Shown here: positions 36,301 through 44,304 of the stretch, one piece after another | Layout of the letters: the number at the start of each line of letters is the position of its first letter | How positions within the stretch are numbered: the first letter of the stretch is position 1 | Source: Bacteroidales bacterium | GTDB taxonomy: Bacteria; Bacteroidota; Bacteroidia; Bacteroidales; UBA1715 | Direction: 5' to 3' | NCBI GenBank assembly: GCA_017552705.1 | Contig: JAFZOY010000116.1 | Coordinates: 24,310 to 88,309 of the forward strand | DNA length: 64,000 bases | Position numbers and translations under genes: made by a program | The notes under the pieces: model-generated | Told to the model about the DNA's origin: nothing | Database searches by the model: none | The model's input: only the letters and a program-made list of their open reading frames with translations

Positions 36301-38198
36301 ACACGGAAAAATACTGATTCTCCACTTTTCACACCAGAAAAAATTGGCGATTCTTTCGGGTTTGCAATCGTATAAGTGCTGTTTTTAGATGGTGTACCGA
36401 TTTGCACCCAACTTGATTCAACATCGGGAGTTTTCGTATATTGGAATAAATACTGTAACGTCGAACCATAAAATGAAGACAACAAATTACTTGCAACAGA
36501 GCCCAGAGTAAACGGGTCGGAACAAACTTTTGTGGCACGTTCCAAGTCATCTACATTTGAAAACAAGTCCAATGCCGGAGACGAACAAGCCATAATTTTA
36601 ATGTCGTCAAAGCATATATCCTGACCGTTCGACCAGTTTTCACCCCAACTTTGAACTTCCACAACAATGTCTTCATCTTCAAGAATCAAATTATCTATTG
36701 AAATTCTGTTCCATCCTGAACCAACCCGAACTTCATAATTTTCCTTTGAAGCAAGAACATTACCTGCTGTATTTTTTATATTCAATGTTATAACAGGATT
36801 TGAACCTGCCGACATATTTCCCACATAACATTCAAATGTTAAAGCTTTTCCCTTGCACAAGTCTTTTATTGTTCGTGTGAAGATAGTCCCTTTAAATCCG
36901 CTTGTCACGTTCATAAACAAACAGGCACTATTGGAAATTCCGTTAATCATACTAGAATGGTCACTTGTAATTGCACCATTTCCAATCATCCAAGTCGCAG
37001 TTGAATTACAATTTGCATCGGTACAATAACCTATTCCTGTTGGTACAATGACACCATAGTTTCCATCGTTTATTTGACCTGCCGCATCAAACGACCCAGC
37101 AGTTGAAGGCATCGTCCAACTAACATCCGTTCGATAAGGGAAATATGACGAAGGGGTTGTGGTTGTATTTCCATTGGCATCCACATACTCATGTGTATCG
37201 GTAAAATATCCAAAATCCTCATAAAAAATGGTTTCTCGCGAAGAATATACGGTATTCCCATCAACAACAGTTTCACAACAGGTCACGGTAGTGACTTCGT
37301 AAGGGTCTGTAGCTGTTCCGTTTACAGTCGCTCTATAATACATTTTAGCAGCAGTAACTTCATCGTACATACTTGCTTTATTTGACACAGTTGACCAAGA
37401 AGAACCATTGGTTGACTTTTCCCATTTTATAACAGCATCATCACCATAATTTCTATCAAGAGTCAATAAAGTCTGTTCCCCCCGGCACATCTCAGACCCT
37501 TGTCCAGAAAGAATCTTTGGATTTATATATCCATACACCTTCAAATCGGAAATACCAATAACAGTATTTTTAGAACCATTATATCCTTCCATCATTGAAA
37601 TAGTCATACTTGTTTGACTTGATGTAAGTGTTCCTGAAAATGTAACATCTTGATACGTTCCTGTTGCAAAGCTATTTCCTTCCAACGATTTTGCGACACC
37701 GCCTTCTGCGGCTTGCATATATTGATTAAGGTTCGCTCCCACAGTCATTCCGCCAAAATAACCTAACGATGGCGTTGCCGTTGAAACAACCCAAACCCGC
37801 ATAGTTACCTTGTAAGCGGAACCCGGTTTCAATCCGTTAACAGTATATGAAAACAGCTTTGTACATGCAGTACCTGTCATGTTTGTCACAAACATTGCAT
37901 CATCTTCGTCAACATAAATACTGGTTTCATCGTTTTCATTAGTCCCCAACTTGAATGGATTATCCACACAAACCCAGTGTCCGCCTTTTTGAATACTATT
38001 ACCATCTTCCAGATAAGTTAAATTTGCCGCCAACGTGTTTCCCGCTGGACCTAATTGTTCCACCGTGGAAAAATCCCATCCCCAATCGTCATATCCTTCC
38101 TTTTGGTCAAAAGTAGTACCGCCAACAATAGCAGTTTGTCCAAACGAAACTACTGCAGTAGCAAGAATCAAACCGAATGTAATGAATATTCGTTTCAT
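27324..38198 (-). CDS. Giant (3624 aa) T9SS type-B cargo: Ig-like repeat adhesin
   Basis: Signal peptide MKRIFITFGLILATAVVSFGQ. Many modules of the type ..L.A...G..L.WY......G......YYV(S/A)Q...GCES.R..v.V. C-terminus LYVPTAFSPSN...FQPKG...ISVYDKWGNLMW...GYWDGRYEGK...DTYIWKMEATF is a gliding-motility (CHU_C/type-B) CTD. Confidence 0.85.
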   Translation of the reverse strand: MKRIFITFGLILATAVVSFGQTAIVGGTTFDQKEGYDDWGWDFSTVEQLGPAGNTLAANLTYLEDGNSIQKGGHWVCVDNPFKLGTNENDETSIYVDEDDAMFVTNMTGTACTKLFSYTVNGLKPGSAYKVTMRVWVVSTATPSLGYFGGMTVGANLNQYMQAAEGGVAKSLEGNSFATGTYQDVTFSGTLTSSQTSMTISMMEGYNGSKNTVIGISDLKVYGYINPKILSGQGSEMCRGEQTLLTLDRNYGDDAVIKWEKSTNGSSWSTVSNKASMYDEVTAAKMYYRATVNGTATDPYEVTTVTCCETVVDGNTVYSSRETIFYEDFGYFTDTHEYVDANGNTTTTPSSYFPYRTDVSWTMPSTAGSFDAAGQINDGNYGVIVPTGIGYCTDANCNSTATWMIGNGAITSDHSSMINGISNSACLFMNVTSGFKGTIFTRTIKDLCKGKALTFECYVGNMSAGSNPVITLNIKNTAGNVLASKENYEVRVGSGWNRISIDNLILEDEDIVVEVQSWGENWSNGQDICFDDIKIMACSSPALDLFSNVDDLERATKVCSDPFTLGSVASNLLSSFYGSTLQYLFQYTKTPDVESSWVQIGTPSKNSTYTIANPKESPIFSGVKSGESVFFRVVAATASTLANTSEFSQTNYCKNYSISPSVEAIMDCPTCTEPKPLTITPSGKTALCPNENVSFTVTSQDDASSFNYTWYKGDEVLATQTAATLPLNNIEEAGTYKVLVKDVKFPTLTSCQKTAEIEVTSLPYPSMSIGTGGEYCEGDDISDIGLTFIGTAPFTYTYSENGGTAKNGSSQSISGKITPSSTVASGEVSSEYVYTIKSLKDANCVAPASNYGGSAKVVVGKVPTVAITSVPESGKVCSPATVALSGSSDISDATFSWSGSGSGTAASLTASTSGDYSVTATNMVTATLSCESTPATKAVSIESKPVVTLSADKTTVCSDETISVTATAKINGQTVSDGTFAWLGATGSGATATVVKTAAWPSEEDVSVTVDYESSAGCKADRPDALSLVFNPYPNAPTEANQKSWCMNASAANKTLEATADGNCTLSWYDANGTKLNAAPSFSIQTDNVFNYSVSQTYKGCESERTPIEIVVNKKLRPEIIISSSELCEGSTTDVTVEKANQYEVTWSGTAATQGFGSTVNSATPTFTAPAANGDINTYNVHVYVKNAECDGESDATITVYPNPTVTLSEPDAICSGETATISAIVTAKPSENGSFTWSSNVSNATETSASFGETTTGTVTYDFTSAKGCKAKRVSRDVTVKPIPSAPTTTGFSKCLDAVSERLDNYVTKASGAVLNWYGTDATGGTASSTAPTPSTASSTNGTNYYVSQSVDGCESERSSVTVTVLDELLPTIVLSNDEVCEGTAVNVSLADSYETVEWSGSAAAEFNSTSTATPVFKNTAAANDYTVNVRVVDINGCEGTGTAEIIVNPKPTAELHSDNPNNCISETTAQTISATITPGMDGTGSWTVATKSSEKTATFKPSDFAAGTQKVTYNFESEKGCKADETSINMVVYPLPTPTLTVSNSDVCEGGNNSSVVTMSTTGTSNPDGFAYTIDNGGSIDDKTGSFDPTQNAANKEYTVTLTYTDENGCVKSTSDKIFVHSLPTVEINAPTEICYNAAAATITATVSPTGGSGVWTGTASSTDPSFNPATKPTGENEIKYVYTDPYKCQNETTVKTTVAKVDAPTVGPTQTVLITGDQASGSDELTATASEAGDVIQWLEDETGGDVIETGTSYSMGADETTPVGSYKFAVREYRMVNNKECYSDSTIATLVVSACEALAPVASDIYVCRSEGDATKTLKAERNASSTISASHISWLDADPVGENGSDFDSHVKSGVGANVIEYEVTNPASAIQDFVYYAAEYDEINNCWSAGTKVTVHVVDTPSVTITSPEDICAYGDQAVPVTVNPHTGTLTASEGTVSGFSWIPGDYNTNSDKLTTTLTYVVESSPYNDGTTCTSTVKSTTTAHFMEAPIANPKTWLIGDIEHLPNLTGEFTSTGVEMTWYANASANQSSELQSASNSVEYAPDKTALAAATVGLTSYTKSYWITQTDGNGCESKPSEVVLSLVDCPWSAPAPDDVVRCSSESLPDITVSASGNVETMAVGGKATKWLWYSAENQSTPLETQTVNDNSSSYAHGVGNVVSENTTTTFYVSYMAVESSSGQECESPKAKVTVTVNALPEITVDDVLMCYAQGKTIVSATVNGTSSTMITSGGEWTLDGETTNIAASTGEIDPTFGGQTDGNYTIQYTYTDANGCTNSDDATLVVEYPDVPSTDTYIGMTSNPIPVVLTAKDIEDDASAVSWFRTETSRNELSGNANPWTVDASIINPAEQTGAEGMSLYVSQTVNGCVSERAEQKISIVDCPWTVETVTDAETCEGVAFAEGMVATANSGADPTEWSWSTTAELNSIAGMSGTSSTFTQNNIDEPGTTTYFVRYKAYYEAGRQSCWSEPREIRSTVYSNPTVSFEASDPTSVCHSSGDVRIRVRAVAGNNGGDVENTLEETLWTTTGVDGSFATTTESYAYFSASKQDSKTDIYSIAYKAVDNKGCVGTAERQLRVIYLPKPETEGFYAMTSQKNDVVVKVTSAVESGASIHWFDYESGMSPDVRKNKTDNGDGTTWNTGLPYDRETERTYYARQYDGSAECYSEATEAVVRLVPCPIPNVIVDAPVACVYDVASGAATLTAATGTTDSWNERDGSLSQFRFYASVDATDFAVGDELGKFDPKNAVATANVYPYYVSEYNLLPLQGLTNPEGCEGRKVKTTVTIIETQAPIITPANDAVCEGETDKLSFKATYNGMGTGAVWFEEDPGEYGIPSIDGSSVQMTFNPTGDEPNDYTIYAVRFENDCYSEKASATYTIKPIPTAPEVFGSETCEGTDTVISARGADGAVLSWYSDASGNTFLGKGSTYQPKVSDVNEYVYYVAQTVNGCQGPLAPVVYEIKMIPNAPSFKNPGNLCEYDAAPTLVAEPREGMTVKWYVADELIADGEELMLSQSDMTAGAKRYSVTQTLRSCESDKANVIFNVYSKPNSPRVSGASVCEGDTLIPTLATDFATDAWYNDADAQVLVAKGYTYTPDPGEVGNKDVIYYVVREQRGCFSDTIPDTLHVIARPTFTIGEDTVLCIYDSVLTIQAKNYVPAITDLSFVEWSVSNGTQSKKYADNEEHSVTPTNMITAVGDYVISARYVYRSDVATCRSDVQEMTYSVKARARKPLVFSTLICQGEDIDELRSLGSPNTVWNSLDGTLPEVWHGQSYRFQPGQRLDTGSYRFEIYDMNMYAIDEEDETNSLGCESERDTITLVVAPGANTHLIGRDSVCMGSIGESYYTQYSENSQYFWTVTGNHLNYSKDAMSTSVRYIDWLEPGVDTLIVYEQTWAGCEGFDTLVVQIAPAPVAHFNWSMPGSTNVIELKDSTVQDSLWTTDELGEPIALPIEYTMAWNFGHQGADESYVDTVLSFNQRNFPIYEGGYLYGYNCPILTVTNDFGCTSTYTECIFVNLSSSLYVPTAFSPSNPAHAVRTFQPKGFNLQTCEISVYDKWGNLMWFSNEVKDGMFVGYWDGRYEGKMAESDTYIWKMEATFLDGQVWQGFDAGNGKTVKYGSVMLLR

Positions 38199-38342
38199 AA
38201 ATCGTATGTTTTTAATTTCAAAACTTTTTCATTGTAACATAATAGACTGCCAACAGTATCAGAATGTTACAAAGTGTAAATATAACACTATCCCCGTAAA
38301 AACGTACGATTTTTTCGAAAAAATTTTAGTGCGTGGGGAAAA

Positions 38343-38666
38343 CTACAACAACCCAAGTTTCAACTTGGCTTCTTCCGTCATCATATCCTGATTCCACTCG
38401 GGTTCCAGCACAATATTGACAGCAACATCTTCCACGCCGTTAATGAGCTTTAGCTTTGTTTGGATTTCATACACAAGAGGTTCTGCCATTGGGCAGTTCG
38501 GCGAAGTCAACGTCATATCAATCTCCACGATTGGAAGTTTATATTCAATTTTGTAGATCAACCCCAATTCGTAAATATCCACAGGAATTTCCGGGTCGTA
38601 AACCGTTTTCAACGTTTCTACAACCTCGTCCTTAATTCGCTTCAATTCTTTATCTTCGTCGGTCAT
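38343..38666 (-). CDS. DUF59/SufT-like Fe-S cluster assembly protein
   Basis: VYDPEIPVDIYELGLIY...LTSPNCPMAE. Confidence 0.8.
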   Translation of the reverse strand: MTDEDKELKRIKDEVVETLKTVYDPEIPVDIYELGLIYKIEYKLPIVEIDMTLTSPNCPMAEPLVYEIQTKLKLINGVEDVAVNIVLEPEWNQDMMTEEAKLKLGLL

Positions 38667-39109
38667 TATTTCTCTTGTGTTTTGAATGCTAAAGCGTAGA
38701 TTTTCATTTGTTTAATCATCGACAACAAGCCGTTGGAGCGTGTCGGAGAAAGATTTTCCTTCAAACCAATCGCCTCAATAAAATGCAAATCGCAATCTAA
38801 AATGTCCTGCGGTGTTTGTCCCGACATCACACGAATCAACAACGAAATAATTCCCTTCGTGATAATGGCATCGGAATCCGCGGTAAAAAAAACTTTCCCG
38901 TCTTTTTCCTCTGCGAAAAGCCATACCTGCGACTGACAACCTTTGATAAGATAATTTTCTTGCTTGTATTTCTCGTCAATTATCGGCAAATTTTTGCTTA
39001 AATCAATGAGGTACTGATACTTATCCATCCAGTCGTCGAACAAGCTGAATTCTTCAATTATTTCGTCTTGTATTTCGTTAATCGACATCGCTATTTGTTT
39101 TCGGGGCAA
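38666..39109 (-). CDS. sufE: SufE-like cysteine desulfuration protein
   Basis: LIKGCQSQVWL active-site Cys context. The start may instead be MSINEIQ at 39088. Confidence 0.8.
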   Translation of the reverse strand: MPRKQIAMSINEIQDEIIEEFSLFDDWMDKYQYLIDLSKNLPIIDEKYKQENYLIKGCQSQVWLFAEEKDGKVFFTADSDAIITKGIISLLIRVMSGQTPQDILDCDLHFIEAIGLKENLSPTRSNGLLSMIKQMKIYALAFKTQEK

Positions 39110-39177
39110 ATGTATAAAATTTTTGTATAAAAAAAGCCGACCTGTTGGGGTCGGCTTTAGTGTTGACGAACGGTATG

Positions 39178-40062
39178 TTAGCCTTTCAAAGCGTTTGCAC
39201 CGCTCACAATTTCGTTCAGCTCGTTGGTGATTGCCGCCTGACGGGCTTTGTTGTACTCTATGCGCAACGATTTCAACAACTCACCGGCATTGTCGGTAGC
39301 TTTGTGCATTGCCGTCATCCGGGCTCCGTGTTCCGAAGCGAACGATTCAAGCAATATGCTGAAAAACTGCGTCTTCAACGAACGTGGAATCAATTCATTG
39401 ACTATATATTCCTTGTTTGGTTCGAAAATATAATCGTAGTTGAAACCTGTTTTTTTCGTTGTTGATTCGTCCTGTACAATTGGCAGATATTGGGTCGTTG
39501 TGATAATCTGCGTGGCAGCGTTTTTGAATTTGTTATACACAACCACAACTTTATCATACACTCCCGAAGCAAAGTCGTTCATTATTTCCATTGAAATATT
39601 CGACGCTTCCTCGTAGGTAAGACGGTCAAAAATTTCGAAGAACGATTTTTTAGGAGTTATCCCTTTGCTTTTCAAAGAATCGCACACTTTTTTCCCGATT
39701 GCGTACACATCAACATTCGATGCGGCAAATTGGTCTGCGTAGTCCGTTTTTACGAGCGAAGCAACTGCTTTCCCTATACCCGAGTTGAAACCACCGCAAA
39801 GTCCGCTGTTCGAAGCCACGGCGACAACCAATATTTTATTTTCGGGACGAACGGTGGCGTACATATTGCCTTCGTTCGATTCAAGCCCACTGCTCACATT
39901 TTGCAGGATTTCCTGCAATTTTTCGGAATACGGACGCATTTGCACAACCGCCTGCTGCGCTTTACGCAATTTTGCCGCCGACACCATTTTCATGGCGCTG
40001 GTGATTTTTTGCGTGCTGCTTACCGAGGCAATTCTTATGCGTATTTCTTTTATTCCTGCCAT
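39178..40062 (-). CDS. atpG: F1 ATP synthase gamma subunit
   Basis: MAGIKEIRIRIASVSSTQKITSAMKMVSAAKLRKAQ...ITNELNEIVSGA. Confidence 0.95.
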   Translation of the reverse strand: MAGIKEIRIRIASVSSTQKITSAMKMVSAAKLRKAQQAVVQMRPYSEKLQEILQNVSSGLESNEGNMYATVRPENKILVVAVASNSGLCGGFNSGIGKAVASLVKTDYADQFAASNVDVYAIGKKVCDSLKSKGITPKKSFFEIFDRLTYEEASNISMEIMNDFASGVYDKVVVVYNKFKNAATQIITTTQYLPIVQDESTTKKTGFNYDYIFEPNKEYIVNELIPRSLKTQFFSILLESFASEHGARMTAMHKATDNAGELLKSLRIEYNKARQAAITNELNEIVSGANALKG

Positions 40063-40068
40063 ACAAAA

Positions 40069-41649
40069 CTATTTTTTATATTTTGCCGAAACTTCTTTCG
40101 CTGCTGCAGCCAAAACGCCTTTGATTTCGTCGTCGATGGCACCGCCAGCGATTTTATCGAGAGTATCTTTGTGTTTCAAGTCAAGATATTCCAAATATTC
40201 TTTCTCGAAATCAAGAACTTTGTCGATTGGAACGTCCGACAACAAGCCTTGTGTACCACAATAGATGATAGCAACCTGATGTTGAACCTTCATTGGAGAA
40301 TATTGTCCTTGTTTCAATATTTGAACATTTCTACGTCCTTTATCGAGCACAGCCATCGTGGCAGCATCCAAGTCGGAACCGAATTTAGAGAATGCCTCCA
40401 ACTCACGGAACTGAGCCTGATCCACACGAAGCGTACCAGCAACTTTCTTCATAGCCTTAATCTGAGCGTTACCACCCACACGCGATACTGAGATACCTAC
40501 GTTGATTGCAGGACGGATACCTGCGTGGAACAAACCAGATTCAAGGTAAATCTGTCCGTCGGTAATTGAAATCACATTTGTTGGGATATATGCCGACACG
40601 TCACCTTCCTGAGTTTCGATGATTGGAAGAGCAGTCAACGAACCGCCACCCTTAATCTTACCTTTCAATGAAGGAGGAACGTCGTTCATATTCTTTGCAA
40701 CATCGTCGTTTGCGATAATTTTTGCTGCACGTTCAAGCAAACGAGAGTGCAAATAGAACACATCACCCGGATAAGCCTCACGCCCAGGTGGACGACGAAG
40801 CAACAACGACACTTCACGATACGAAACAGCCTGTTTCGACAAGTCATCATATACAATCAAAGCTGGACGGCCAGTATCACGGAAATACTCACCTATGGCG
40901 CAACCTGCAAATGGTGCGTAGTACTGCAAAGCAGCTGGATCGGAAGCTGTTGACGAAACGATGGTTGTGTAAGCCATTGCGCCATGTTCCTCAAGCGTTT
41001 TTGCGATACTTGCAACGGTAGAACCTTTCTGACCGATTGCCACATAGATACAATATACTGGTTTTCCTTTTTCGTAGAATTCCTTTTGATTGATGATAGT
41101 ATCAATCGCAATAGCCGTTTTACCTGTCTGACGGTCACCGATAATCAACTCACGCTGTCCTCGTCCAATTGGAATCATCGCATCGATAGGTTTGATACCT
41201 GTCTGCAATGGTTCGTTTACAGGTTGACGGAACAAGATACCCGGAGCCTTGCGTTCCAAAGGCATTTCAATCAGTTCGCCGCTGATGTCGCCTTTACCGT
41301 CGATTGGTTCACCCAAGGTGTTTACCACACGGCCAAGAAGTCCCTCGCCCACCATAATCGAGGCGATTTTCTGCGTACGTTTTACTGTGTCGCCTTCGCT
41401 AATGCCGTCGGATTCACCAAGAAGCACCGCACCTACATTGTCCTCTTCGAGGTTTAGCACAATACCTTTTGTTCCATTGGCAAACTCAATCATTTCGTTT
41501 GCCTGCACATTAGTCAGACCGTGGATACGTGCGATGCTATCACCCACGGAAAGCACCGTTCCCACTTCTTCAAGTTCTGCTTCGGTTTTGTAGCCTTCAA
41601 GCTGTTTTTTTAGAATTTCCGAAACTTCTGCTGGTTTTATATCTGCCAT
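40069..41649 (-). CDS. atpA: F1 ATP synthase alpha subunit
   Basis: [56 protein letters not shown]. Confidence 0.97.
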   Translation of the reverse strand: MADIKPAEVSEILKKQLEGYKTEAELEEVGTVLSVGDSIARIHGLTNVQANEMIEFANGTKGIVLNLEEDNVGAVLLGESDGISEGDTVKRTQKIASIMVGEGLLGRVVNTLGEPIDGKGDISGELIEMPLERKAPGILFRQPVNEPLQTGIKPIDAMIPIGRGQRELIIGDRQTGKTAIAIDTIINQKEFYEKGKPVYCIYVAIGQKGSTVASIAKTLEEHGAMAYTTIVSSTASDPAALQYYAPFAGCAIGEYFRDTGRPALIVYDDLSKQAVSYREVSLLLRRPPGREAYPGDVFYLHSRLLERAAKIIANDDVAKNMNDVPPSLKGKIKGGGSLTALPIIETQEGDVSAYIPTNVISITDGQIYLESGLFHAGIRPAINVGISVSRVGGNAQIKAMKKVAGTLRVDQAQFRELEAFSKFGSDLDAATMAVLDKGRRNVQILKQGQYSPMKVQHQVAIIYCGTQGLLSDVPIDKVLDFEKEYLEYLDLKHKDTLDKIAGGAIDDEIKGVLAAAAKEVSAKYKK

Positions 41650-41666
41650 AGTTAAATAGTTTACAC

Positions 41667-42209
41667 TTAATTATTTGCAATCATTTCTTTCTTAATTTGT
41701 TTCAACCGCGAACTCACACTTGCATCGTACTGCTGGTCCTCTATGCGGAGAATGAAACCTCCCATCAACGAAGGATCGACTTTCGTCTGCAATTCAACTT
41801 CAGTGTTCCGTGTTTTTTTCACAAGTTCAGCGACTGATTTTTCCTGTGCCTTCGACAATGGTGCAGCCGAGGTCAATGTAACCGCGGTGATACCCTGCTC
41901 CTTGCGATAAATGGTAAGCACATTACGTAAAATGTCCTGCGTAAACATCTCGCGTCCGTTCTCTATCTCCAGGTTTAGAAATTCAATGGTTTCGTCGGAA
42001 ACCTTTCCCTTGAGCAACCCAGCCACAAACGCTTTTTTGCCGCTTGGTTTCACAATAGGATTTTGGAAAATCTCTGCCAATTCGGGGATTTCGTTCAGAC
42101 TCTTTGCGAGAAGTTTCACGTCGGCAATCACTTTCTCCAAAACGCCCTTTTCCTTGGCGAATTCGAAGAATGCTTTTGCGTATCGGACCGAAATTTTACT
42201 TTGATTCAT
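41667..42209 (-). CDS. atpH: F1 ATP synthase delta subunit
   Basis: Position between atpF and atpA; [11 protein letters not shown]...[16 protein letters not shown]. Confidence 0.85.
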   Translation of the reverse strand: MNQSKISVRYAKAFFEFAKEKGVLEKVIADVKLLAKSLNEIPELAEIFQNPIVKPSGKKAFVAGLLKGKVSDETIEFLNLEIENGREMFTQDILRNVLTIYRKEQGITAVTLTSAAPLSKAQEKSVAELVKKTRNTEVELQTKVDPSLMGGFILRIEDQQYDASVSSRLKQIKKEMIANN

Positions 42210-42232
42210 ATTACCTTTATTATAATCAATAA

Positions 42233-42727
42233 CTAATTGAATTTGAGATTTTTAATTGATTCGGCAATAATCTCGTCCGAAACTTTTTTGTTCTCCAATT
42301 CCTTTCCGATAACTTTCTCCGCGATTTCGAAAGACAAAGCAGCAACCTGATTTTTCAAATCCTGCATAGCCTGATTTTTCTCGTTTTCGATAGAAACTTT
42401 TGCCGCTGCCATGATTTTGTTCGCTTCGGCGGAAGCCTCTGTTTTTGCTTGGGCAATCATTTGATCCTTCATTTCGCGAGCTTCCTTCAAAAGATTATCG
42501 CGTTCCTTGCGTGCCTCAGCAATGATTCGTTCGTTGTCGGCCTGAAGTTTCGCCATTTCAGCCTTGGTTGTCTCAGCAAGTTTCAATGCGTCTTCTATCG
42601 ACTTGTTCCGTTCGTTAATCATTCCAAGCACTGGCTTCCATGCAAATTTTATCAGCAGGAACACCACAAGCAAGAACGTGATGGTTGTCCAAAAGACTAA
42701 ACCTATACCGGGGGTTACTAAATCCAT
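42233..42727 (-). CDS. atpF: F0 ATP synthase b subunit
   Basis: Single N-terminal TM followed by a long charged helix; operon position. Confidence 0.85.
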   Translation of the reverse strand: MDLVTPGIGLVFWTTITFLLVVFLLIKFAWKPVLGMINERNKSIEDALKLAETTKAEMAKLQADNERIIAEARKERDNLLKEAREMKDQMIAQAKTEASAEANKIMAAAKVSIENEKNQAMQDLKNQVAALSFEIAEKVIGKELENKKVSDEIIAESIKNLKFN

Positions 42728-42809
42728 ATTATTACGTTTTAATTCAGTTCTTTTTCAAAAGGGAAATCTTTCGGGGCCAACCGCCCCAAAAGCATCCCAG
42801 TTGGTTGTT

Positions 42810-43055
<246 letters not shown>

Positions 43056-43069
43056 TCATTTTCTTTTAT

Positions 43070-44140
43070 CTATGCTTCGTGTCCCTCCGGCATAGCCAAA
43101 CCTATAAACAACGCCGACAACATTGTAAATATGTAAGCCTGCAAAGCGGCAACGAATAATTCAAGTACATCCATAAACATCACGAAGAACACCGAAACAG
43201 GGGCGATAGCCAACGTTCCGAAGATGAAAATCAATGATGTCAAACTCAACACGATGATGTGTCCTGCAGTGATGTTTGCGAAAAGACGGATCATCAACGC
43301 GAATGGTTTCGTGAAAATACCGATAACCTCAACCACAGCCATAATTGGAATCAACGGCCAAGGCAAACCTGGCATACAGAAAATATCTTTCCAATATTCC
43401 TTGTTTCCACTGAAGTTCGTGATAAGCAATGTGAACACAGCCAATACAAATGTAACGGCAATGTTACCCGTCAAGTTTGCACTACCAGGGAAAAACGGAA
43501 TCAAACCCATCATGTTCGAAATCCAGATGAAGAAGAATACCGTCAACAAGTACGGAGTGTATTTGTCGGCATGTCTGCCAAGATTTGGTTCAATCACATC
43601 TTCCTTGATAAACAAAATCACTGGTTCCAACCATGCTTGGAATCCTTGTGGAGCTTGACCAGGACGACGTTTGTACGCACGTGCACAGCCGATGAACATC
43701 ACCAACATAATGATTGCCACAAGAAACAATGTAAATACATTCTTTGTTATTGAAAAATCAAGCGGACCTTTGTCGGTCACTTCGCCATTTTCCACATAAA
43801 ATATATCCTGACCGCCCATTTCTTTTGCTACCATTTTATATGTATGGTCGCCTTTTGTGACCGTTTTATGTCCATGTTCGAATTCACTCGACATAAACAC
43901 ATCAATTGAGAACGGATCAGTGTTTACCAATATAACAGGAAGCGGAAAACCAACAGCATGACCATTGTAGTCCCACATGTGCCAATCGTGGTTGTCGCCA
44001 ATATGTCCAAAAATAGTTTCGTTAATATTGAATGCCGGCTTTTCTTCAACAGATGAATCGTCGTTTGCAAACGATATACAAGAAAAAAGGAATGAAAAAC
44101 AAATAATTAGAAATTTCCTTTTTGATATTTTTACAAGCAT
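43070..44140 (-). CDS. atpB: F0 ATP synthase a subunit (long N-terminal extension)
   Basis: LMIRLFANITAGHI...ALQAYIFTMLSALFIG. Confidence 0.9.
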   Translation of the reverse strand: MLVKISKRKFLIICFSFLFSCISFANDDSSVEEKPAFNINETIFGHIGDNHDWHMWDYNGHAVGFPLPVILVNTDPFSIDVFMSSEFEHGHKTVTKGDHTYKMVAKEMGGQDIFYVENGEVTDKGPLDFSITKNVFTLFLVAIIMLVMFIGCARAYKRRPGQAPQGFQAWLEPVILFIKEDVIEPNLGRHADKYTPYLLTVFFFIWISNMMGLIPFFPGSANLTGNIAVTFVLAVFTLLITNFSGNKEYWKDIFCMPGLPWPLIPIMAVVEVIGIFTKPFALMIRLFANITAGHIIVLSLTSLIFIFGTLAIAPVSVFFVMFMDVLELFVAALQAYIFTMLSALFIGLAMPEGHEA

Positions 44141-44235
44141 ATTCTCAAAAATTTATACTACGTACGAATTTACATCATACAAATGTAGTAATATTTTTGA
44201 AATGTCACAAAAAAATCTTGACATTTTTCATGATT

Positions 44236-44284
44236 TTATAAAAACAAAAATTCTGTAGAAACAGCGACCGCCATCTCTACAGAA
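44236..44284 (-). terminator. Rho-independent terminator after infB
   Basis: 9-bp stem TTCTGTAGA (44251-59) / TCTACAGAA (44276-84), followed in minus sense by TTTTTGTTTTT. Confidence 0.7.
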
Positions 44285-44304
44285 TTAATTATGTATTGTA
44301 CCTA

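Noticed and set aside
27384-38391. Dozens of 60-134-aa ORFs on both strands inside the giant adhesin gene (e.g. 33666-34070, 35689-36078)
   Set aside because: All are nested in or antisense to a 10.9-kb ORF with clear repeat and CTD signatures. None shows independent coding evidence.
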